From: Alphaproteobacteria bacterium
Lineage (GTDB): Bacteria > Pseudomonadota > Alphaproteobacteria > UBA828
Assembly (NCBI GenBank): GCA_965214705.1
Contig: CBDCCI010000002.1
Coordinates: 2,112,001-2,176,000, forward strand
Direction of reading: 5' to 3'
Length of the DNA stretch: 64,000 nucleotides
The notes beneath the pieces are model-generated. The model searched no databases. It saw only the letters and a program-made list of their open reading frames with translations, and had not been told where the DNA came from. Both the position numbers and the translations under genes were made by a program. Below, in pieces: positions 57,901-64,000 of the stretch (positions within the stretch are counted from its first letter, which is position 1; each line of letters opens with the position of its first letter).

Positions 57901-58159
57901 CGAAGACGCGCTTGACCCCGTCGAGGAAGCGGACCTCCGGCTCGATCGCCGCGACGATGTTGGTATCCACGTCCTCGGCGCTGGCGCCGGGCCAGGTCAC
58001 GCTGACCGAGACCCATTCGACGGCGAAGGTAGGGAAGAACTGAGTGTTCATGCGCGCGAGTCCGAGCGCGCCGAACAGAATCATCAGCACCATCACCAGA
58101 TTGGCGGCCGTGCGGTGGCGCGTGAACAGCGCGATCAGACCGCGACCGGTCTGGCTCAT
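54986..58159 (-). CDS. RND efflux transporter permease (AcrB family)
   Basis: 1057 aa; GIIVDDAIVVGE and RLRAVILTS motifs. Confidence 0.93.
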   Translation of the reverse strand: MSQTGRGLIALFTRHRTAANLVMVLMILFGALGLARMNTQFFPTFAVEWVSVSVTWPGASAEDVDTNIVAAIEPEVRFLDGVKRVFAQSVEGIGSVVVEFEPGTNLDTALANVENAVDRVETLPEDSERPVVNRLYFYENIGNIVVSGPFSEAALRAHAKDIRERLLAAGVDKVDLFGSRREEIWVEVGEGRLRQLDLTLGDIASRIGTSSADQPSGIVPAGTNKQIRSLGLARSADEIGQVEIIAREDGAKVHLRDIATISERFNERDAVAYRAGYPAIELQVRRASTSDALEQAGILDDFLEEMRPTLPPTLVVEHYDNAAELIDDRINMLLRNGASGLALVVLVLFIFLSTRVAFWVTVGIPVSLLATLGVMMLTGQTINMVSLFALIMAIGIIVDDAIVVGEHAVTQRAAGAGPADAAELGARRMLAPVMAATLTSVAAFLPLFMVSGQIGEIIGAIPLVIVAVLVASLIECFLVLPGHLRIGLKTDPRGENRFARWFNPRFEAFRDGLFARAVRACVAWRYLTVAVAIGLLLLFIGLIGGGRISFVFFPSPEADSVVANVTFVEGTKRETTAAMVDELGRALDEAERALTEGAGGLVVMSLGQVGKPASRPNTFFLGTGDHVGAMRVELQPSDRRTIRTQALIEEWRKRVRPLPGLETMTILERAAGPPGREIDIRIAGDDVQALKAAAGEVSVLLGRFPGVSDIEDNTPYGKQEAILTVNARGRALGFTTESAARQVRAAFEGVIARRFARGDEEVAIRVRLPHEALTEGDLRRFYLRSPAGVEVPLAEVVDFDEATGFASIRREDGQRMIAVTAEIDESTTNTDEVLDALQVEGLPETAQKYGVGVLLRGKAEEQATTMGDMMTGAVVALVAIYLILAWVFSSYSRPIFVMAVIPFGAVGAVFGHFVLGYDLTVLSMMALLGLSGIVVNDSIILVRAIQERLDAGEPLMEALVGGARDRLRAVILTSVTTIFGLTPLLFETSLQAQFLKPMAVTIVFGLLGVTLIVLILVPCLLAIQGDIAALFGRPTAGGERAVEDDASPALRLRESDG

Positions 58160-59412
58160 CGCACCTCGACTTTGACGCCGGGTCCGATCTCGGGGAAGCG
58201 CGTCGTGGCGACGCTCTCGCCCTCGATGATCCCGCCGGATACCACGACGTCGTTGCCGACGCGCGCGAGCAGCGCCACCGGCCGGGGCTCGAGCCGGCCG
58301 TCTATGACCGCGTAGACCGTATCGCCGCCGACCAGCGCCGTCTCCGGCAACTGCGTGGCCCCCCGGTACACGCGGTCCGGTATGCGAACTTCCACGAAGG
58401 CGCCGGGGCGGAGCGGCAGCGCAGCCGCGTCATGCTCGATCCGCGCATACACGCGAACCCCGCCGCTCGCCGCGTCGACCTCGCCGTCGGCCCTCTGGAT
58501 CACCGCGCGGAAGGGGAAGTTGCGGTCGCCCGCACGCCACGTCACCTCTACCGGGCGCCCGCGAAGACCCGCGGCAGAGGAGATAAGCCGCCCGTAGTCC
58601 GCATCGCTCAGATGAATTTGGATGTCTAGCTGGGCTTGATCCAGCAAACGCACCACGCGATCGTTCACGCCGAGCCGCTTGCCGAGTGCCGCGGAAATTG
58701 ACGTCAGATACCCGTCGAAGGGTGCGACCAGCCGTGTGTTCGAAAGGTCTCGCTCGGCTCGTTCCAGCGCTACGGTGCTGCGCGCAATCACCGCCTCCTG
58801 CCGCGCGATCCGCGCGCGCAAGCCCGCAATCCGGCGCTCCGTCGCCGCCAGCGCCCGCACCCGCTCGCTCCGGCGCACCAGGGCATCGTCGACCGTCTTC
58901 TGTGCGGCGGTGCCTTTGGCGAGCAGTGCCTCCCGCCGTTCCAGCTCGCGCTCCGCCAACGCCAGTTGGGTGCGATCTGCCGTGAGTCCCGCCTCTTCCG
59001 CTCCCAGCTCCGCCCCGGTCTCCGAAAGCTGCGCCCGCGCCTCGGCCAGTGCCGCCTCCGCCTCCGTGACCGCTGCGCGATACTCGAAGGGGTCGATCTC
59101 CACCAGCAGCTCGCCGGCCTGCACCGTGCCGCCGTTCACGAAGTTCCGGCCCACGGCCACCACCGGCCCCGCCACCAGCGCCCGCAGCTCCACATCGCGG
59201 TGCGCCACCACCTCGCCGTAGGCACCGATGGAGGGCTGCACGTCGGCGATACGCACGGTCGCGGCGGCGATCGGCCGGGCACGCTCCGCCGGGCCGGTGC
59301 GCTCGATCTCGGGCCGCGTCGCCTGCAGGTAGCCGACCGCCAACACCGCGCACACCAGCGTGAGCAGCGGCAGCACGACCTTCAGCGTGCGAAAGCGGCG
59401 GCGTTTGGCCAA
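58156..59412 (-). CDS. RND periplasmic adaptor (membrane fusion protein)
   Basis: N-terminal TM, coiled-coil hairpin, APFDG, LRPGAFV. Confidence 0.9.
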   Translation of the reverse strand: MAKRRRFRTLKVVLPLLTLVCAVLAVGYLQATRPEIERTGPAERARPIAAATVRIADVQPSIGAYGEVVAHRDVELRALVAGPVVAVGRNFVNGGTVQAGELLVEIDPFEYRAAVTEAEAALAEARAQLSETGAELGAEEAGLTADRTQLALAERELERREALLAKGTAAQKTVDDALVRRSERVRALAATERRIAGLRARIARQEAVIARSTVALERAERDLSNTRLVAPFDGYLTSISAALGKRLGVNDRVVRLLDQAQLDIQIHLSDADYGRLISSAAGLRGRPVEVTWRAGDRNFPFRAVIQRADGEVDAASGGVRVYARIEHDAAALPLRPGAFVEVRIPDRVYRGATQLPETALVGGDTVYAVIDGRLEPRPVALLARVGNDVVVSGGIIEGESVATTRFPEIGPGVKVEVR

Positions 59413-59518
59413 CTGCGGCCTCCCCTTACTCCCCTACTCGGCAACCTGTGGTGGGCGGCCTTGTGCCGCCGCCATACCGCGGCGACAATCCCCGCCCGCC
59501 ACACGGATGGTGACGCGA

Positions 59519-60688
59519 ATGTCCGGCACTCATTACGATCCCATCGAAATGATCGAGCGACTCGTGTCTTTCGACACGACAAGTCGCGAGTCAAACCTCG
59601 CGTTGATCCACTTCGTGCGCGACTATCTCGCCTCGCACGGTATTGATTCTACACTTATTCATGACGAAACGGGAAACAAGGCGAATCTTTACGCCACGGT
59701 CGGCCCCAGCGATGTGCCGGGAATAGCACTCTCGGGCCACACCGACGTGGTGCCGGTGGATGGCCAGCCCTGGGACACGGACCCGTTCAGCGTCGTAGAG
59801 AAAGACGGCCGCCTCTACGGGCGCGGCACCTCTGACATGAAGAGCTTTAGCGCCATTGCGCTCGCCCTCGTGCCCGAATTCACCGCCCGTCCGCTCAAGA
59901 CTCCCATTCATTTCGCGCTCTCCTTCGACGAGGAGGTCGGCTGCTTAGGCGCGCCGCTGATGATCGACCGGCTTGGCCACGAGCTGGGCGTCAAGCCGCA
60001 TATCGTGATCGTGGGCGAGCCGACGAACATGGCGGTGGTGAATGCCCACAAGGGTGTCTATAGCTTCGAGACCCGCGTGCGCGGGCTGGAGGTCCATTCC
60101 AGCGCCACCCATCTCGGCGTGAACGCGGTGCAGTACGCCGCGATGTTGGTCCACTTCCTGACCGAAATCGCGGACGAAATGGCCGCGCGTGCCGAACCCG
60201 AGAGCGGCTTCGATCCGCCGTACACGACGGTCCATGTCGGCACGATCCGAGGCGGAACGGCCCAGAATATCGTGCCGCTCGACTGCAAATTCACCTGGGA
60301 ATACCGGCTGGTACCGGGGGCGAACCCTGACGAGATTCGCAGCCGCTTCGAGCGTTTCGCCGAGGAGACCGTGCTGCCGCGCATGCGTGCGGTCGATCCG
60401 GCGACCGGAATCTCCACGAAGGCCCGCGCTGTCGTGCCAGGCCTGGTGCCGGAGGACGGCTCGCCGGCCGAGGCGATCGTGATGGCGCTGGCGCGCACCA
60501 ATCACACCGAGGTGGTGGCCTACGGCACGGAGGCGGGGCAGTTCCAGGAAGCCGGGATCCCGACCGTGATCTGCGGGCCGGGCAGCATCCGCCAGGCGCA
60601 CCAGCCCAACGAATACATCGAGATGAGCGAGGTCCGCGCCTGCGAGGCCTTCATGCGCCGCCTGCTCGACGAGGTGTGCGCGGCCTGA
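59519..60688 (+). CDS. argE: Acetylornithine deacetylase (M20)
   Basis: SGHTDVVP, GRGTSDMK, DEEVGC, GEPT and AHQPNE motifs. Confidence 0.9.
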   Translation: MSGTHYDPIEMIERLVSFDTTSRESNLALIHFVRDYLASHGIDSTLIHDETGNKANLYATVGPSDVPGIALSGHTDVVPVDGQPWDTDPFSVVEKDGRLYGRGTSDMKSFSAIALALVPEFTARPLKTPIHFALSFDEEVGCLGAPLMIDRLGHELGVKPHIVIVGEPTNMAVVNAHKGVYSFETRVRGLEVHSSATHLGVNAVQYAAMLVHFLTEIADEMAARAEPESGFDPPYTTVHVGTIRGGTAQNIVPLDCKFTWEYRLVPGANPDEIRSRFERFAEETVLPRMRAVDPATGISTKARAVVPGLVPEDGSPAEAIVMALARTNHTEVVAYGTEAGQFQEAGIPTVICGPGSIRQAHQPNEYIEMSEVRACEAFMRRLLDEVCAA

Positions 60689-60700
60689 TGGCGGGGCGGA

Positions 60701-60765
60701 TTTTCCACAGGTTCTCCACAGGCATTTGACAGCGTTATCCACAGCTTATCGACAGCTTCTCCACT
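60701..60765 (+). promoter_or_regulatory. Array of six co-oriented DnaA-box-like 9-mers
   Basis: TTTTCCACA, TTCTCCACA, CATTTGACA, TTATCCACA (perfect, 60735), TTATCGACA, TTCTCCACT at 11-12 bp spacing. Confidence 0.7.
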
Positions 60766-60786
60766 AAGGACAGAGGAACGCGAGGA

Positions 60787-62886
60787 ATGAGCGGCGCGAG
60801 CTTGGAGCGCGAGGGCGCGGTCGGCGTCATCACCATCGACAACCCGCCGGTGAACGCGATGAGCCCCGGCATACCGGGCGCGATTCTGGACCGGCTGGCG
60901 GAAGCGCAAGCCGACAACGCGGTCGAGGCGGTGGTGCTGCGCTGCGCGGGCAAAGGCGGGCTCGCCGGCGCCGACATTCGCTCGTTCGGCAAACCGTGGC
61001 CCGAGGGCGAGCCGACGCTGCGCGACGTGATCCCGGCGATCGAGCGCTCCGCCAAACCGGTGATCGTCGCCCTCAACGGCTATTGCCTGGGCGGCGGTCT
61101 CGAGTTGGCGCTTTCCTGCCACTACCGGGTTGCCAGCCGGAAGACCGAGGTCGGCCAACCGGAGGTGCTGCTCGGCTTCCCGCCCGGCGCGGGCGGCACC
61201 CAGCGCCTGCCCCGGCTCGCCGGCGTGGAGACGGCGCTCGCGATGATCGTCGACGGCACACACGTCGCTGCCGAAGAGGCGGCCAACAGCGGGATCATCG
61301 ACCGGGTGATCGACGGCGACCTGCTCGAAGGCGCGCTCGCCTTCGCGTCGGAGCGCATCGCCGCCGGGCCGCCGCATTCGCTCGCCCGCGAGCGAGAGCC
61401 GGTGTTGAAGGACCCGGATGTCTTCGCGGCCACGCGCAAGCGCCTTGAACGGCGGGCGCGCGGCCAGCGGGCCCCGATTGCATGCCTGGAGTGCGTCGAA
61501 TCGGCGCTGACGCTCCCCTTCGACGAGGGGGTCCGCAAGGAGCGCGAGACCTTCGAGGAATGCATGGCCTCGCCGGAATCGACGGCGCTGCGCCACGTGT
61601 TCTTCGCCGAGCGGGCCGTGCGCAAGGTGCCGGGCATCGGCAAGGACACGCCGGCCCGGACCGTCCAGCGCGCCGCCATCATCGGCGCCGGCACCATGGG
61701 CAGAGGCATCGCGACCTGCTTCGCCAACGCCGGAATCCCGGTGCGCCTTATGGATTCCGACTCCGAGGCGCTCGAACGCGCACTAGCTGCGATCCGCAGC
61801 GACTACGAGCGTCGAGTCTCGCGCGGCCGCCTCGGCGAAGCGGACGCCGAGGCCCGCGTCAAGCTGATCGAGCCGATCGAATCGCTGGAAGGAGTGGGCG
61901 GCGCCGATCTCGTCATCGAGGCGGTGTTCGAAGAGATGCCGCTGAAGGAAGACGTGTTCCTGGCCCTCGATTCGGCGTGCGACGAGGGGGCGATCATCGC
62001 CTCCAACACCTCCTATCTGGACGTCAACCACCTGGCCGACATCGTGCCCCGCCGCAAGGGCAACGTGCTCGGCATGCACTTCTTCAGTCCGGCGCAGGTG
62101 ATGCGGCTCCTGGAGGTCGTGCGCACCGATTCGGCCTCGCCCGAAACGCTGACAACGGTGCTCGCGCTCGGCCGGCAACTCGGCAAGATTGCGGTCGTGG
62201 CGGGCGTCTGCCACGGCTTCATCGGCAACCGCATGCTGGAAGGCTACACGCGGCAGGTGCGCTTCTTGCTGGAGGAAGGCGCGAGCCCGACCGAGATCGA
62301 CGCCGCACTCACCGGCTTCGGCATGGCGATGGGGCCCTGCGCCGTCGCCGATCTCGCCGGCCTCGACGTGAGCTGGCGCAAGCGCAAGGCCGACGCGCAT
62401 CTGCGCGATCCCTCCAAGCGCTATTCGGCGGTGGCCGACCGGCTGTGCGAGCGCGGCCGATTCGGCCAGAAGACCGGCGCCGGCTACTACCGCTACGAGC
62501 CCGGCAGCCGTACGCCCGTGCCGGACCCGGAGGTCGATGCGCTGATTGCCGAGGTCGCGGCGGAAAGCGGTATCGAGCGCCGCGCCATCGGCGCGGACGA
62601 GATCGTCCAGCGCTGCCTCTATCACCTGGTGAATGAGGGCGCGCGCGTGCTGGAAGACGGCATCGCGCTCCGCGGCAGCGACATCGACATCGTGTGGATC
62701 AACGGCTACGGCTTTCCACGCTGGCGGGGCGGCGTGATGCATTGGGCCGACCACGTCGGCCTCGCCGCCATTCACGCCACCATCTCGGGCTTCAACCAGA
62801 GCCAGGATTACTGGGAGCCGGCGCCGCTGCTCGGCCGGCTTGCGGCGGAAGGCAGGAGCTTCGCCGACTTCGATCGTGCGGCGTAA
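60787..62886 (+). CDS. Bifunctional enoyl-CoA hydratase / 3-hydroxyacyl-CoA dehydrogenase
   Basis: GGGLELAL, PGAGGTQRLPR, GAGTMG, HFFSPA and GFIGNRML motifs. Confidence 0.93.
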   Translation: MSGASLEREGAVGVITIDNPPVNAMSPGIPGAILDRLAEAQADNAVEAVVLRCAGKGGLAGADIRSFGKPWPEGEPTLRDVIPAIERSAKPVIVALNGYCLGGGLELALSCHYRVASRKTEVGQPEVLLGFPPGAGGTQRLPRLAGVETALAMIVDGTHVAAEEAANSGIIDRVIDGDLLEGALAFASERIAAGPPHSLAREREPVLKDPDVFAATRKRLERRARGQRAPIACLECVESALTLPFDEGVRKERETFEECMASPESTALRHVFFAERAVRKVPGIGKDTPARTVQRAAIIGAGTMGRGIATCFANAGIPVRLMDSDSEALERALAAIRSDYERRVSRGRLGEADAEARVKLIEPIESLEGVGGADLVIEAVFEEMPLKEDVFLALDSACDEGAIIASNTSYLDVNHLADIVPRRKGNVLGMHFFSPAQVMRLLEVVRTDSASPETLTTVLALGRQLGKIAVVAGVCHGFIGNRMLEGYTRQVRFLLEEGASPTEIDAALTGFGMAMGPCAVADLAGLDVSWRKRKADAHLRDPSKRYSAVADRLCERGRFGQKTGAGYYRYEPGSRTPVPDPEVDALIAEVAAESGIERRAIGADEIVQRCLYHLVNEGARVLEDGIALRGSDIDIVWINGYGFPRWRGGVMHWADHVGLAAIHATISGFNQSQDYWEPAPLLGRLAAEGRSFADFDRAA

Positions 62887-62907
62887 GAAGCGCCGCCGGC
62901 ACCCGGC

Positions 62908-64000
62908 TCAGGCCGCAGGCATACTTGCCGCGTCGGCGCCGACACCCCGCCGTCGCAAGCGTGGCACGCTCGCCGACTTGAGCTGGCCGCATGCCGCCTG
63001 GATGTCGCGGCCGCGCGGTGCGCGCACCGGGGCGGCGTAGCCGGCCCGGTTGACGATCGCGGCGAACCTTTCGATGGCCTCCGGCGACGAGCACTCGTAG
63101 GGCGCGCCCGGCCAGGGATTGAAGGGGATCAGGTTCAGCTTGGCGGGAATGCCGGCGATCAGGCGCACCAGGTCGCGGGCTTCGGCCTCGGAATCGTTCA
63201 CGCCCTTCAGCATCACGTATTCGAAGGTGATGCGCCGCGCGTTGCTGGCGCCGGGGTAGCGGCGGCAGGCGTCGAGCAGCACCGCAATCGGGTATTTGCG
63301 GTTAATCGGGACCAGCTCGTCGCGCAAGTCGTCGCGAACGGCATGAAGCGAGACCGCGAGGCCGACGCCGAGCTCCGCTCCGCAGCGCTCGATCATCGGC
63401 ACCACGCCGGCGGTGGAGAGCGTGATTCGCCGGCGCGAGAGCGCGATCCCCTCGGGGTCCATGACGATGCGCAGCGCCTTTGCGACATTCTCGTAATTGA
63501 ACAGGGGCTCGCCCATGCCCATCATCACGATGTTCGAGAGCAGGCGCGGGCCCCGCGGCGAGGGCCATTCGCCGTAGGCATCGCGGGCCGTGAGGAACTG
63601 CGCGACGATCTCGCCGGCGTCCAGATTCCGCACCATGCGCTGGGTGCCGGTGTGGCAGAAGGTGCACGACAGCGTGCATCCCACCTGGGAAGAGATGCAG
63701 AGCGCGCCGCGATCCTCCTCCGGGATGTAGACGGTCTCCACCTCGCGGCCGTCGGCGAAGCGCAGCAGCCACTTCCGGGTGCCGTCGGACGCGCGTTGCT
63801 CCGTCGCCACTTCAGGCCGCGCCAGGGTATAGCGCTCGGCGAGCGCAGCCCGCAGCGCGCCGCTTATGGTCGTCATCGCGCCGAACTCGACGGCGCCCCG
63901 GTGGTAGATCCAGTGCCAGAGCTGCTTGGCCCGCATGCGCAGGCGGTCTTCCGGCACCCCGACGGCCTGCAGGCGCTCGCCAAGCTCGTCCCGCGTGAGC
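62908..64000 (-). CDS. rlmN: 23S rRNA/tRNA m2A methyltransferase RlmN (5' end outside window)
   Basis: [15 protein letters not shown] radical-SAM motif, [15 protein letters not shown]. Confidence 0.96.
   Translation of the reverse strand, partial: LTRDELGERLQAVGVPEDRLRMRAKQLWHWIYHRGAVEFGAMTTISGALRAALAERYTLARPEVATEQRASDGTRKWLLRFADGREVETVYIPEEDRGALCISSQVGCTLSCTFCHTGTQRMVRNLDAGEIVAQFLTARDAYGEWPSPRGPRLLSNIVMMGMGEPLFNYENVAKALRIVMDPEGIALSRRRITLSTAGVVPMIERCGAELGVGLAVSLHAVRDDLRDELVPINRKYPIAVLLDACRRYPGASNARRITFEYVMLKGVNDSEAEARDLVRLIAGIPAKLNLIPFNPWPGAPYECSSPEAIERFAAIVNRAGYAAPVRAPRGRDIQAACGQLKSASVPRLRRRGVGADAASMPAA

Noticed and set aside
60701-60765. Calling the DnaA-box cluster oriC
   Set aside because: Very short intergenic region, no AT-rich DUE and none of the usual origin-flanking genes. 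Kept only as a DnaA-box array.

Overview
High-GC window, most likely from an alphaproteobacterium (inferred from the secA/argJ/mutT synteny and the protein sequences). Bases 1-15.7 kb are a tandem stack of mobile elements at the 3' end of a tRNA-Pro(CGG) gene. The main element (3467-15638; about 10.5 kb without an inserted IS1380) has both att sites. It encodes an integrase, an excisionase and an HK97-type head/packaging set (capsid, protease, portal, adaptor, HNH, TerL) plus three neck proteins, but no recognisable tail, lysis or replication genes. It looks like a capsid-forming, tail-borrowing phage satellite (cf-PICI-like), with a candidate structured RNA and a low-GC membrane-protein cargo gene. 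To its left is the remnant of a second element that used the same att site. Its iteron-containing replication initiator gene is split by an IS4 element whose transposase is fused to a DUF4338/DruA-like domain. Bases 15.7-64 kb are chromosomal: housekeeping genes (mutT, argJ, secA, infA, modABC, pstS, phoB, argE, rlmN), a CUT1 ABC importer with asymmetric ATPases, a MarR-linked catabolic cluster (P450, glutamine synthetase-like ligase, extradiol dioxygenase, ALDH, FAH, ADC-family), a DMFase large-subunit homologue, a mesaconyl-CoA transferase homologue, an RND pump and a phased DnaA-box array. All family assignments come from motif recognition by eye; no database searches were run.
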